From Eledone cirrhosa (Eukaryota), in contig OZ024745.1 of assembly GCA_964016885.1 (NCBI GenBank), forward strand, positions 52,700,001 to 52,764,000: a DNA stretch of 64,000 nt. Direction: 5' to 3'. The notes beneath the pieces were generated by a model. It had not been told where the DNA came from, made no database searches, and saw only the letters and a program-made list of their open reading frames with translations. Of this stretch, positions 1 to 15,715 are shown piece by piece (the first letter of the stretch is position 1; every line of letters starts with the position of its first letter). The translations under genes were made by a program, and so were the position numbers.

Positions 1-1090
1 TCTTTGTTGGATGGAGATATGCCAAACTATTGAAACATTATTCGTCAATAAATTTAGGAGATATTTTTTCTTGATGATTATTTATTTATATATTCGAGTC
101 TTTGTTCTTTTACTGTTGTTCCGTAGTGCAGATTCACTTTAGCTAAGTTAAATAGAATATTACTATATGTGTGTGTTGGATGAGAAGAGGTAAACATGAG
201 GTATTGAAATAAATATATGTCAGTTTCTAGTTTAGCGTTTCCTTTTGTTTGGCATTTCACTTTGTTTAAGGTTTTCCCTACTGAAGTCCATAGTGAATTG
301 TATGTTATAGATTATATTATTGATGAGGTTTTGAGAGTTATTTAGTTTTTCAAGATGTTAGTCCAGGAATCTTCCCAGTTTTCTTTTATATAACAGCTGA
401 ATAAATTTGCATAGTTGTGAGGATAGCGCATAGGTTTTTAATTGATGGTATCTCATGACTAGGTTGGCATATATTGTCGCCATGAATGTAACTCATATTG
501 TCAGTTGATTCTTTCGTCGAACATGAAATAACTGTTTTTTTAAGATAAACTGAAGACCATCGATGATATATTTTCTACCAATACTGTCCGGTAGTTCATC
601 GGGGAAAAGAATCTAGCCAGTATATACTAGCCACTATTCTCTCGTTATAGGGAGCATTGATATAAAGGTTCAGAAAATCCAACAAAACAAAATTGGTATT
701 TTCATTTATGGCTTTTCCTAGAAGTGGGAGTATATCTATATCATTTCTTACGAAGCTCGGAATATACTTGAATAAGACGTGCCATTTAGATGTCTAAGAA
801 GTTACTAACGCGATTTGTCTCGCACATCGGGCTTGCTATGATATGTCTTAGTTTTAAGTCTATTGGTGTGGGTATATTCATACAATTGGTGTTTTCACGT
901 TTTATCGCATGTCTTATTGAATATTATATACCTCTATACTTTGGGGTAGTCCAAAGATGTTATTGTTTCATATCAAATATTGATGAGATAATCTAATTCC
1001 GTTTTAGTTGGACGATTTTGGTACGGATGTCTCTTCACTTTATGAATAGCGTTCTTCTAACGCATCCGAATTGAGAATCAAACCGTAAAT
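1..1090 (-). pseudogene. Degenerate Penelope-like reverse transcriptase fragment (non-Naiad type), runs off the window start
   Basis: Minus-strand translation across frameshifts gives DLKLRHIIASPMCETNRVSNFLDI, KYIPSFVRNDIDIL...VLLDFLNLYI, LQFILKNSYFMFD, YANLVMRY, IQFTMDFS and LETDIY...QYLMFTSSHPTHT..NILFNLA, which is the motif order of PLE RT and thumb. Boundaries approximate. Confidence 0.85.
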
Positions 1091-1850
1091 CCTCCTACAA
1101 GAAGATAGTGTGGAACCAAATTATATAAAAAAATATATTTACTTAGTGGTGCTAATATTTAAGTACACTTTCGTCAGATAAGATATAATAATTGGTGTTA
1201 AGATAGTGAAATATCTTCAACTGAACCTAATGTTATGAGTTCGGTGAGGATAGTGAATAGGAAGTACATTAAGTTCTGTACTTGAGTTCTGTGGCAATAT
1301 GCGAGAACAAAATGTGTCCTGTTATAAATAATGGGATTGATGACTTAATATCTGTATACAACAACTACAACGGTACGCGATGGGGCCCACCTACGGCCCC
1401 AGCGGACAGAATGGAAAAGGTGTTTCGCCGGAGGACGGCAAGGGAGACGCGCTAGAAAAGCCACTCCAACTCGCGGAGCTCACACATGCGGCTGGCCAGC
1501 TCAGCGCCTATGGTGGTGAGTAAGGAGGTAGTCCTGGGGCCGAGGACACCAGAAGTCTCTACTTCCAGGAGTACGACCGCAAACCTGACGGAGATATTGC
1601 ACCGTTTAAAGCTGAAATATATGGCAGAAAAACAGATATATACATATATCTGTGTGTATGTGTGTGTGCGTGTGTTTGTATGTGCGCGCGCGCGTGTGTG
1701 TGTGTGTGTGTGTGTTTGTGTTAATTAAGATTTATATTGAAATGTGCGCTAGCAGCCGAAGTGTATGCTTCCTAATTAAGTATGGCTATATTTTAATTAT
1801 TTACCAACGCGATCGCTAATTATATGTAATTTAGTATGTCCATTTCGAAT

Positions 1851-2037
1851 AATAATTGTTTCTACTTTAGGCACAAGGCCAGCAACTACCCAGTGCATTA
1901 CTGGTGCTTTATTTTATCGACCCCGTAAGGATGAAAGGCAAAGTCAACCTCGGCGGGATTTGAACTCAGATCGTAAAGGGACGTAACTATGCTAGAAAGC
2001 ATGGCGTCCGACCCTCTACCGATACTACCAATCCACC
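1851..2037 (-). mobile_element. tRNA-derived SINE (family A), near full length
   Basis: Reverse complement of the copies at 38723 and 44785: A-box-like TGGTAGTATCGGTAGAG, B-box GAGTTCAAATCC, body ACTTTGCCTTTCATCCTTACGGGGTCGATAAAAT, 3' end GTAGAAACAATTATT. Confidence 0.9.
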
Positions 2038-3419
2038 GAATAATAATGTGAGTGAATGAGTATATATACCCATTAAATACGTGTTTCCTTGTTGTTGAGA
2101 GTTGACATAGATACTTTCTCATGAAGATCCAATTAGATCTGAAAATCGATTAAAGGTGTTTATGATGTTCTCAATTGACAGGGAAAGTCACATTTTCTGG
2201 CATATTTATACGTCGACATGTTAGAAGTGCTTATATATTTAGGCACGTCGCGGCAGTATTGTTTACAAACTGTATTTATACAGATATAACTGTATCATAC
2301 AATTCGGCTGTTAGCACACTTCTCAGTAATTACTAGCTGGAGTCTAATTATATGCAAACATGAAACCAGGTCTCTTAAATAAACACCATATCACCGAATT
2401 ACATGTATGTTTATGTCAAAGGCCAGAGTCATGCTCACTGGATCAGCAATGCATCAGTCCAGCAGGAATTTATGAGGCTTTAGTCTCTTCATTGAGCCAA
2501 CATCCTCATAAACAGATCGTTTTAAAATAATTTCCTACATCATGAAACGAGTTTCATATACCCAAATTAAAGACATACTACTAATTTGACGAACAAAATA
2601 GGGCAAGTCAAACTCAGGAACAGAAACTTCTCTTCAGAAATTTAAATATAAGATACTTATATAAATTCGACCAAATATATGTGGGCACACATTTTGCAGG
2701 TTATGCCATGATGAGAGGTAGAGCATACTTAATAAATGTTGTACCAACAATACATATGTAAACACTCATCTACAAATCCTTCACTATCAACGTGGCACGG
2801 AGTACATTTTAAAGATATGGTCTCCATAGCAATTAACTCTGGAAAAGTTTTCCTTTTATCCCTCAAATTTAGCCCAAAGTTATTCCCCTGTATAATTTAA
2901 TAATTTGGCCTACGGAAAATTTAACACAGTAATTAATTAATTTCAGTTCCTTTCTAACTACAAGAGTTATCCCCCTTCATTCTTCTTTATTTATTTACTT
3001 TCTCTATTACTTTATTTCTTCCTTCCTTATATAGTATAACCCCTTTTGGTCTCTCATCTATCATTCTTTATATAAGTTACGTCTGGGTCTGTTTCCCCTA
3101 CACAGGCTAAAAGACTGGCCAAGCCAACGACAGGCGTGTTCCTGTTATGTTCTCGTTGTAGTACGTGTTTTGATAATAATGTATTAAAACTCGCCCCATG
3201 GGCTTGAGTTGCTCTATATATTGAATAACAATACAACTTTAGTAGTAATACATATATAAACACACACATATATGAAGGTCACCTGCTCCATGCAAAGCTT
3301 GACCACTTTATGTATTTTATGCTGTTCATTCGGGGCATGAGATATCAAATGGCTTTTGAGACCTGAAAACCTGCGAAAGACCCGTTCACAAATAATTCGT
3401 TCTGGGTTCTACTTTGGGT

Positions 3420-4400
3420 TTGCTTATGTTGTATGTTCACATGTAGTTTCAAATCACCCATGATTTGCAAATTTTCTGACATACATGATACTGGAACTGA
3501 TTCTCTGCAACGAAGTGGGAAACGTCAGCTTGGATTTAACCATTGTTAGATCATTTGTATGACTTAAAGCCTGCGTTCGAAAGGCACACTTTGGAGCTCA
3601 CAGGGCATTTTAAAATCATTGCCGGACAAGATTCATCATTATTACTGTTGGTCTCATTATTTCGCATTTGCTTTTCAGTTCTACATGTTGTAACCTCTCC
3701 ATTTTAAACGCTTTACCTCCATTCCAGATGGCATTTCTCCAAACTACACTATATACTTGACTGGATTAAAGATGTTTTTACGATGTGATAAAGCATTTTA
3801 AGGTGGCCTTTAGACAGTCTCCATATCTACTCCTTGGCTTACTATTTAACCTTCTGCCCAAGTTCAGTTTGCCATAAAGCATTTTCTGATAGATTCACGC
3901 GCTACCCATACGAATCATGCAACTTGCCTATCTTAACTGCTTCTTAAGAAGCGTAGCTTGTGTAGATGGAGATTTTGCCCTAACAAGAATCTCAGTGTGT
4001 GAAACGAATGTGTTCCAGCCTACACTGAATATATGCCGGAGGCATTGTTGCTGAAACTGATGCAAAATTGTTACATGCTGTGTGGGCAACGTTCATATAT
4101 CTGATGAATACAATAGTACGGAGATTACAGATGAGATGTATACAACAATCTTAGTCTCCAGCTTAATGTTACATTGTGACCAGACTTTAATTTCTAATTC
4201 ACAAAAGGCGTTAGTTGCCTTTTGTATACGGGATGTGATTTCAATATTCAATTTACCAACAGCTTTTATCTTACTGCCAAGGTATTCAAAGGAGGTCACT
4301 GATCTTAGCATTGTTTCCTTAACGAAGATTCTACGTGCAGTTGTCTGCTGCCCAGGGGTAGGTATTACAAGACTCTTTTTCAATTTACAGGCGGTTGGTA
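3420..4400 (-). pseudogene. RTE-clade LINE 3' fragment (RT thumb and C-terminal region), decayed
   Basis: ORF 4093-4383 has FEYLGS...EITSRIQKATNAF...VWSQCNIKLETKIVVY...VLLYSS, continuing as HQFQQQCLRHIFSVGW...SHTEIL..A and MLYGKL; multiple stops. Confidence 0.88.
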
Positions 4401-4520
4401 AAAAATCAACTTTTTTGTAATATTAACGATTCTGAAGAATACAACACAGTCGAATAAAATGCTACTTCCTTCTGTATTCGAATAAATAATGTATTAAACA
4501 TTCGTTATTTATTTATTTGT

Positions 4521-5005
<485 letters not shown>

Positions 5006-6360
5006 GAAATGAGATTTTATCCAACATAGAAAGGGAATAAGAATGATTACTTCTGATCGAGAGAATAGGTAGAGGAATACGGCAATAAGATAAATGTTTG
5101 ATATAGTAATATAATATGAGTATATGAATCGCTGTATCGTTTATCGTAATAAACGATTTACATTATTACTAATCTTAACTTACTAATATGTATGGGTTCC
5201 TCAGAGTAAGCTATAACTACTATATCAAGCCACTTTGTAGGAATAAGTAATCGTTAATACTTTATTACTCTTCGACTATTTAACAAAACAAGTCACATAT
5301 TTATTAAATTACAAGACCAATAAATATTTTTCCCAGACGTGAAAAAAATAAAAATAAAGCACAAATTGCAAAATAAATAATGCCGTTGATTAGTCAAATA
5401 AAACTATGAGACATTTTGATGGCATAAGACAGTGGTTATGAGAAAGTCTTTGTAAATGGCCGCCCGGACAGTCATTAAATTGAAAATGGTTGGTAAGCAT
5501 TATATTCTAAAAGTAATACTAGCTCAATTTCTATACTCTAGTGAATTCATAACGGCAAAGGAAATGGAGAGCTGCTAAATATTGGCAATTTTTCAACACT
5601 ACCAAATTTCACTGTTTTATATTTTATAGATAGACACCGATATATGTTTTGTTTTACGTCTTTTTTTATATTATTTTGTTGTATTTTAATAAAACGTCTG
5701 CTTTTAGAATATCCGGTCACAAATAATATATCTGTGTGTGTGTGTGATTTAGTGATGTAGTAGTGTTTGTGGATATGTCTATGTTTGGGAAAGGGGAGTT
5801 AGAGACAGAGAGTTAGAGAAAGAAAAAGAGAGTGAATGAGAAAGAGTGAGAGAGAAATAGGTAGCGAGCCTATGAGTGACGTTATTTGAGTGTATGTGCT
5901 TACATATGTAAATGTCTTCAAGCATGAATCTGTATGTGATTTTTGGTTAATTAATGAATCTCTCATATGAGGAGAAAAAAAAGTACTCAAATATATACTT
6001 TAAGTGAAACAGAATTGTGTATACGTGTATAAGAATATTAAACGAATGTTTAACACAATAAGAGCTATATAGAAGGACAGTCGGACGGTTTCATCAACAT
6101 ATGCTGTAAATATATCAAACAAAACACATTAAACAGATGGGAGTTTTCAGTACGTGGTGTCACAGTTTCAAAACCCCAAACACCAAGCCTCTTCAATAGT
6201 GCGCGGAATCTGGGTTCTAAGATGAGCCGATAACCACCCTCTACCACCCACTAGCGCAGACAACCACAAATACATACATAAAACCCTCATGTACTCGCTG
6301 TACTCACACACACACGCACACACATATACACAGACACACACATACACACACACACAGACA

Positions 6361-6468
<108 letters not shown>

Positions 6469-8992
6469 CATACATACATGAATATTACCACGTGTTCGAG
6501 TTGTCTCGTTGAATTCCTGTATTGATTTATTTTTACTCTTTACTTTTTTAGCTGTAGTCAACTAATTTCAAGCCCGATATTCATGCCACTTATTTTATGT
6601 ATCTATTTTTTAAACGCAAGGTTTTTGTTTTAATTATTTTGTTTTTCATTGCCATCGTACCACTATTTTTTCCCACTGAAAGTGTGAAAATCATTTTAAA
6701 AAAAGAGGAAACAAGTATGAAACAACAAAACTAAAATTGCGTCTATTAATTTTCTCTTCTGTCCAATGAACGCCGCCACAAAAAATAAACGATAATTTTC
6801 CGTGCTTTTTTTAAAAATTAAAGTAGAAGCAGATCCTATTTATAGAAGAAAGTTTCTATTACTTCTACTCACACTGTCTGCTTACCTGTTTTATGTTATT
6901 GACATTTTTGGCTTTTATTATATTTTACTCATCTTATTTTTTTCAACCGACTGATTGTATTCGTTAATCGGTCTGGCTAATTAGGAAAATTATCAATTTT
7001 ATAATGATAATGGGCCGTTACGAATTATATTTGCCTCAGATGATTTTTGTCTTCCACCGTACCTCTATTTCATCAATTCGGCAAATGTGATAAATAAATA
7101 GTTCTTGTGAAATTCAAAAATAGTTCAATGCTTGTTTTATGGAAAATAAGAATTTAAATAGGATGGTACTTGGTTTTTCTATTTGCTTATTTTTAAATTA
7201 ATTGTTACCAAATTAAATTTTGATTCGTTGCACTGAATTGCTTGCATGTAGTGTTTCTGGTCTTTAACATTCTGAATAAAGGTAGATTTTGTGACTGTAT
7301 TGCCGTAAGTATCTTTCAAATATGTATGTACGTTGATGTTTCTAGTGATTATAGGTGTTCCGAAATCGTAGACAAAGGAAATCAATAATATATATTGATT
7401 AAATAGCGTTGCAATTAGCAGAGGCAAATCATTTGCAATATTTAGTTTCTTCCCATTAGAGTTTAGTTCAAATGTTACCGATGTCGACATTTTCATTCGT
7501 CCCGCCGGGAAACATAACATAAACTAACAAACATTTAATGTTGCTAATTAACTCTAGTATTCCCTTCCGCAACATAAATTGATGTTTCTTCTGAGGAACA
7601 AAATAAATTTTCTATCTCATAATTTATGACTTCATAAGACGTGTGATATAAGATTTTATTAACATTTATCTCTTTTTATCTTTGTGAAGGTATTACTACA
7701 TTACGTATATTTCATAATTCTGTATAGATATTTTCTATGTCTCGATATTTTCCTCATTCAGGCCCGGAGATAATATAGAGATAACTAATTCTTTCCCAGA
7801 CAACTGTTTTGGAATGACTGTATAGTTTGCTTCAATCAGTTAAAAACCTACATATGATTGTATTTTTCCGTTAAGCAATTCAATTTATATGAAATAATGT
7901 TATAAATTAAACGTACAAAGATGTCCTGAAAACTTTTGAATATGTTAATGTCTAATGTGCTCCGCCTTCAACTCAGTATATGAGTAATTTATCTGATATT
8001 TGTTTGGTATTTTTGCTGGTCAATCAACCTTATCTTTGCACCATTGTTGACATGCTGTAGTTCCAATTACATAATGATAAAACAAGCATGTCATATATGT
8101 TAAAAGAAGAGAAAATTATATTGAGCTAGGATTGAATCTAGATCGAAACCAAATCCAGTGAAGATGTATGCAATATTTATTGGTTATTTTCACAATATTG
8201 TAATAATATAACTGATACGACTTAAGTTAAAATCAAAGATTCATGTCATAACCACATACTATCCAATAACGTATTAGGAATTGTCTTTTTCATAGAATCA
8301 TATATACGTAATATAAAATTATTAGACTTCAAAGTAGTTTATACTCCAGTAAACCATTTGATTCAGTTCAATAAATGAAGAAATTCCTATTTATATATGC
8401 TATACCATATATTGCAAAGTCCTTCAGAACTCTGTTTGTTACGTTTGAATATATCTAGCTGTTACACAACAAATATATCTGTGGTATATTTAGGGAGAGG
8501 AATGACGTTCACTTCAGATTTATTACTTGTTATCCGTTAGTTAGTCAATGCTCATTCCTCGCACATTCTGCTATCTCCACAATGACTGAAGTGAGATTCA
8601 TGACTTTCAATTAATAAGTGACGTACAAATAAGTTTGCAGGGCTATATTTACTAACTTCAGAAATTATAATTATGGTTTGCATCTTTATATTCGTAAATA
8701 TTTCATTAGCGATTTTGCCTGTCATTTACTTTCATATGATCGGATATTTTTGTAAAATGTTTTTGCATTTTTGTGTAACTTACTAAAATCGGTAGGGTGA
8801 ATTGTATCTCTGTGTGTATAACGGAATTCTTTGGTGTAAACTTTAAAAGGTACTTTGTTTATCAGTTGCATAGATACACTCATTTCTCCATACAATACAA
8901 TGTACAAGATGCACGAATGTATATATATATAAATTAAAGTATAGAAATTGTTGTGAGGATGAAGCCGACAGTATTTCATAATATATAAGTGA

Positions 8993-9131
<139 letters not shown>

Positions 9132-9343
9132 CATATAAAGACTAAATAACACAAATATATTTACACAGTCATGTTATTTTGACGCTTGTTTAAAAAGGAA
9201 ACGAAATTTCGTATTTTGGTGCATGATGAGGAAAGATAAATGTTAAGAGAAAGAATGAAGTAACCACCGTCCCTCTATCTTCCATACAGACTTTATATAT
9301 ATATATATTCAAGTTTGTATATATATATATATATATTCAAGTT

Positions 9344-9407
<64 letters not shown>

Positions 9408-11394
9408 CATGTGCGTGTGTGCGTGTGTGTGTGTCGTTATGTGTGTATGTATTCATTCGAATATATCTGATATGGACAACTATATGTACAGTCATGCATT
9501 CTTCAAATGATATCGGGATAAATAATATATTAAAAGTTAATGCACTGAAAAATCTAGACAAGTGTTACAAGAAATATTTTATTTTAAGCTAATTTCTATT
9601 TGTGAGAAATATTTCTATAAATAGATTTATTGTTGTTGTTTGTGATGGTGGTGTTTCATCTGTGTGCGCATATTAGAAACGCATTTGAGTTGCTTGAATC
9701 AATAACCAATATTTAGCAGCTGATCACACTGTAGACCATTTATTTATACGTTCTATTTGATTCTATGTTATAGCATAGAGCAAAACCATATCTTATGAAG
9801 AAAAGGAATGCAATGTCTGGAAATTCAATACAATAAACTTGACTTCAAACGAATGAATTAGTGCGTCGTTCAAATATTAAGTTTCCAAGTGCCAATTTTA
9901 TTATCCTATTGATAGATGCCAATTTACTAGGCTAGTTCATAAAGAAAAGTGTATCGATCATTTCATAATCATCCTCGCTTAAGTGCTCTATATGCATCTA
10001 AACATAAACAACGTAAAGTAATGTAATTTCTCGCCTAATATATTCATATACATAGACTCGTCATTCACACACGGTTATATATAGGTACGCACACATGCAT
10101 GCGCACAAACCGACGCATACACAAAGCCAAACGCACGCACACAGAAACACACACACACACACACACGCACACACATATATATATATATATATATGTTCAT
10201 ATAGATGTTCGCATGACGCATATTGACTTTTGGTGATATGTAGTTATATAAATTTCATATATTCACGAGTGCTTTTGTATCAATGTGTATGCCTGCTTCT
10301 GTCACTATATTGCGGAAACATCTATAAATGTATACATATATTGACATATATGTCTAAACATATGCATGAAGCATAGTCTATGATGCATTTTTGGTTATTT
10401 ATTAATAGATGTATGAAATATAGATATTTGCTTTGACACACTGGAAATAGAAAAGCATTATACACACACACACACACAGACATCTAAACTTACAACAAAA
10501 TTCATCTTCCCCTTTTTATGTATACTTTTATCAATTGACATGGGTTTGTTTTGCCGTTTCACCAACTTAGAGGAAAATTTCAATAGATTGACAATTTACG
10601 TCAAACAACATTCCGCAAGATATTCTTTAACCTAACTATCAAAATTCAAGGCAGTAATATCTTTAAGAATGTTTTCTGTTTATTGTCTTATAGTATTATT
10701 TTGTTGGTCATATGCATAACTTTGTTTTCCTCCTGCCAATGGAGTGATTGATAAGCGACTACTAATGCATGCAAACTATGACCTATATTAAATTCCCGTT
10801 ATAGTCAGAATAACAATGCATATATTTAGTTAATTCCTCCATGGTGCACTACAGAACATATTTAGAAAAATATAAATATAATATAATGACATATGCGTAT
10901 TTAAATAATTCCTTGAATTTTGGAATTATAAGAAATTAGATAAAATATAGATTGTTGGAACATAGGCTTAAAGCGGCGGTTTGAGTACACTATTGTCTAG
11001 GGCCTTAGTAGATTCACCATTGAATTACTATTTTAAAACTTTTGAATATATATATATATATAACGTCTCTGATCTAATTTAACTGGTCCAATTTTATTTG
11101 GTATTTCATACACTGACAAGTTAATTTTATCACCATGTACTACAACGCGGACGGTTTCGGATATGTAATACAATATAATACAATATATATAATAATCCAG
11201 TTTCACATTCCTATTTTTTCTTTATGTGCAAGGTATACAAAAATGGTAAGTAATGGCAATATTCTCTTTCTGAATAGAAACGATGGTATTCTTCAAAGTA
11301 TTTCGATAGTTTTTAGAGCATTCCGATCTCCTTTACAAGAAGAAAATAAAAACCTGCACGGTATTCATCGAAAAGTGGAGTAATTAATTAATTC

Positions 11395-11485
11395 ATAATT
11401 GTTTCTACTTTAGGCACAAGGCCAGTAATTACCCAGTGCATTACTGGTACATTATTTTATCGACCTCGTAAGGTTGAAAGGCAAA
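11395..11485 (-). mobile_element. 5'-truncated SINE family A copy with about 18-bp target-site duplication
   Basis: 3' half of SINE A, flanked by AATTAATTAATTCATAAT at about 11382-11399 and 11484-11501. Confidence 0.82.
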
Positions 11486-11682
11486 TTAATTAATTCATAA
11501 TGCTCTACAAATTGTTATTTTGGATTCCGAATAAAATACATAATTATGTTCACCGTAAATTAATTTTACTGAGAATTTGGGTTGCATCCTTTTTTCTGTC
11601 AACGAAGATGTGATTGCGTTGCCAAATTATACCATCTTGGTGAAAATAGTTTGCTTATTAATAGTCTCGATTTGCATAAAAC

Positions 11683-11804
<122 letters not shown>

Positions 11805-12380
11805 CTATGTGTGTGAGAGTTAGAGTGTGTTTGTGTGTGTGTGTGTTTATCACTATATAGTGTTAATAAACCAATGTTTGTGTTATATATATAGTTACAA
11901 ATATGTGCAATAGCGCTAACCTATACTTTATCAGTACTACCATAGCATAGTTATCAGGTACGAATTCAATCGATTTAGTTTTTCGATTTGGCCTGAAATG
12001 CATTATATTTCATCAGAAATTTTTAATACAACATCGTCACCTTATAAATGTAGTAAGGAAAGTAGAAACATTTTTCAATGTTTGTTAACTAATAATTTCT
12101 GTGATAGGTACTAATTAACATTTCTCATATCAAAAGATTTCCCGCTTGGTTTGATCAGACTAATTCATTAAATTTTATATGCACGTTTTTCTTTCTTATT
12201 CTTGCATAAATTTCTGGAATTTTTTCAAATTTATTATTTTGTCCCTACATTAATTCAGCAAAATGATAACACTTGCAGGCTATAACACATTTATATATTA
12301 CATTCGGTAAGTTTGAATGTCTGTTGTGTTTATTTACACAAACTCACAAACAAAAACACATACGCACAGGGAGAGATAGA

Positions 12381-12456
<76 letters not shown>

Positions 12457-12459
<3 letters not shown>

Positions 12460-13025
12460 TTTCCGAATTTGTTTAGCAAGATTCTTTATCTGAAAACGTG
12501 TGTTGAAACCGATATTGTTATACTTTGGGAGGGTCATGTTGTCAATAAGAAACACACGCACCAGTGTTTCACTTCAATATATTTTAAATTAAATTTATAA
12601 ATTTAGGAATTTATAAATTTCCGGTTGATTGGTTGGTTCCACAACCAGATGATTGTTCATATAGTGTCAAATAAACAAATAAATAAATAAACAAATATAA
12701 ACACACACAGACATCCGGGTGTAACACATGCGCAAACTAAGCACACAACACACAAAAACAAGATGGCGTAGGACAGAACAAAGGTGAGGCACAAAAACAA
12801 AGAAGAAAATAAAAATAAAAGAAAAGAATCCCCAGTCACTAAGGAGGCCACAGAATGTGTGACGAAAGAACTTTGACACTATATGAACAATCATCTGGTT
12901 GTGGAACCAACCAACCAACTGGAAATTTATAAATTCCTAAATTTATTAATTTAATTTATAATAAATTGAAGTGAAAGCAATTGGTGCGTGTGTTTCTTAT
13001 TGGCAACATGACCCTCCCAAAGTAT

Positions 13026-13033
<8 letters not shown>
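12457..13033. mobile_element. Fold-back (inverted pLTR-like) element between (TA)n tracts, with a decayed HHR
   Basis: Arms 12512-12671 and 12872-13033 are reverse complements. GTCA-CTAAGGA-helix II-GAAA-GAAC-TT-TGAC lies at 12835-12877. A related terminal sequence occurs at about 38220-38355. Confidence 0.8.
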
Positions 13034-13084
<51 letters not shown>

Positions 13085-13086
<2 letters not shown>

Positions 13087-13200
13087 AGGAAGTGTGGTCA
13101 GGAACCAGGTGGACCATAACGCACCAGAGTACTCGATACTAATAGGAAAAGAGTCAGGACCCCGATGGCAGAGCTCAAGCCGTTTTGACGGGTATTTCTG

Positions 13201-13205
<5 letters not shown>
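13085..13205 (-). mobile_element. Terminal fragment of the pLTR family found at 29674-31292
   Basis: GAAGGAAGTGTGGTCAGGAACCAGGTGGACCATAACGCACC matches 29677-29718; a further piece lies at about 36060-36095 in the opposite orientation. Flanked by (TA)n. Confidence 0.75.
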
Positions 13206-13237
<32 letters not shown>

Positions 13238-13811
13238 CTGTGTGTGTGTGTGTGTGCGTTTGTAACTATGTTCTGCGGTTTTGTATTATATACATTTTAA
13301 CTAATAAAAAGAGAGTCGTTCTCTAACATAGAAAGAAACTCTTATGTTGGAATGTAGACAACATCAACTAAGTAATGTATGTCTGTATGTGTTTGTGTTT
13401 TTGCAGGTATGGATGTTTTTGTTCTCGTTGCTCTGTATGTATATAAGTGAATATGTTTATATGTCTATGAATGTGTATATGATGTTATTACATGTTGAAT
13501 TTCTGAATTTATTTCTATTAATGGACTGCACTTGTACTGTTTAACTAGCTGTGCATTCGCCGGTCCTGTGAAGCGCGGATTCACAAGATTTGTATTCAGG
13601 TTGATATGTTCACAGGCATCGCTGGTTATGTGACATGTTTAGGTAGGGTCGGGTCTATAGCCAACAATACTATGCATAGACAAGCCCCAGCAGGGGTAAA
13701 CTGCCGTGATATTCATGCTTAAATATCAACCGATGGCCTTACTGCAAATCGAGTGACATACAATATCATCATGCAAGTATGTATGTATCTATTAATATAT
13801 GTATGCATACA

Positions 13812-13883
<72 letters not shown>

Positions 13884-14097
13884 TATGCATGTATGTATAT
13901 GTATATGTATGTATATGTATGTATATATATATGTATGTATATGTATGTATATATATATGTATATATATATATGTATGTATATATATATGTATATATATAT
14001 GTATGTATATATGTATGTATGTATATATATATGTATGTATATATATATATATATGTATGTATATATATATGTATGTATATATATATGTATGTTATGT

Positions 14098-14345
14098 CAG
14101 GTCACCAGTTGGTGCTACTGGTAACATGTATCCCAGTACAACCTATCCCATGGTCGGGTCGTTGGTGACTAAACTGGCAACCCCACCAAGGTTTCTTGGT
14201 GAGGAGGGTGACTTTGGACATCCTGCAGGACTAAAAACAAAACCTGTCAAAGGGTAAAGGAGCTCTTAAGAGTCAATGGCCATCCAAAATCAGCGGGAGA
14301 GATGACCCCTTAGCCTTTGTCAAGGCAGAATTCTAAGAGAAGGAA
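14098..14345 (+). mobile_element. Probable LINE (RTE-like) 5' leader fragment
   Basis: Aligns by eye over about 190 bp with 32410-32590; GC-richer than the flanks. Class assignment is an inference. Confidence 0.45.
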
Positions 14346-14745
14346 AACTGTGACATAACACCTCCAATCCTGATGGTATCCAATGATGTTGACTTGTTCT
14401 TCTTTTTGGTAAATGTCATCTTGGTTAAGAGAGTGGGACTGGCTTTGTGCAGTGCCTTTGCTCACTATAAAAGCTTCACGGCACAGGGATTGCTTTATAT
14501 CTGGAGATCTCTCTGCACTTGTCATCACAGGGTACCATGGGCCCAGCACTATGTGTGAGTAATTGTCACAAGTGTAGTGTTTGTACCACAGTTTTCAAGT
14601 CGCTGGTCGGACTAAAAAGTTACACTCGTTGAGCGCATCGGTAGGGGTTCTCCTACATGGATATAAAGTAGTGGCCGTACTCGAAAACGAGTTGGCAGCC
14701 ACCATGTATGTATTTTACATCTCTCAGCCTCTCTCTCTCTCTGTA

Positions 14746-14838
<93 letters not shown>

Positions 14839-15715
14839 CTCTCATATATATATATATGTATATGCGTATGTGTGTATATGAGTGTGTGTGTGTGTGTAAT
14901 AAAGTTAGGAAAATTAACAAAAGGAAGATACGACAACGAACGAAACAAGGCAAAACGTAAAAAATAATAATTTAAGGGGAACCGTTAAAAAAATATTATA
15001 AAAATACAAACGAAAGATACAGAACTCCAGGATCTTCAGCCGTTGAGATGGACTTTGGCAGTTTCAACCCCGACCAATTGTAATGCTGTTCTACGCGGTG
15101 TCATAGCATCTGATACAATCCAAAGCACTATCCATGGAGTAAGAGACAAGATAAAACAATAGCTTATAGCAATTAAACTATAACTTGTATACATAGAATT
15201 ATAAATGACGCCTGGGAGACAGCATTTATGCATATAATAGCTCGAAAGTCTCGCGAGACAAACAAAGGGAGAGAAAAGAAAGAAAAAAAAATGAAAGCAG
15301 ACAAGAAGAAGAAAGTAAGATATCGTGTTAAATGTAAAAACATTAAGATTATTGGGGGAGAAGAGAGAATGCGTACGTCACAGCTTTGTAATAATTAACT
15401 TACTAACATTGACCAAGAGAAGACAAGATAGTGAACAAAAACAAATATGTGCATATATATGTATATATTTATGTATGTATATATGTAACCAAGCGATTCA
15501 TAATTAATTGTAAAAAGTTCCATTGGAAATGAAATTGAGTTCACTCCATAAGCTACTCATGAAATAATGACTAAAATATAATCTTCGTTCTGAATTATAC
15601 AATCAATTATTTTATATCCGCAAAATATTCGCAGGGCCTTATGCTTGCACACACTCGAGTTTGGTGGTAATAGATGTAGAGAGGGGTTTTGGCAGAACGT
15701 TCCGTCTAGTAGGTT

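Noticed and set aside
4425-4510. HHR starting CTGAAGAATAC
   Set aside because: ATAC/GTAT could form helix II, but GAAA is replaced by GAAT and no convincing helix III or helix I follows.
14350-14560. GIY-YIG C-terminus (REAFIV...LNQD on minus)
   Set aside because: The motif is too short and lacks the upstream VY/YIG signature.
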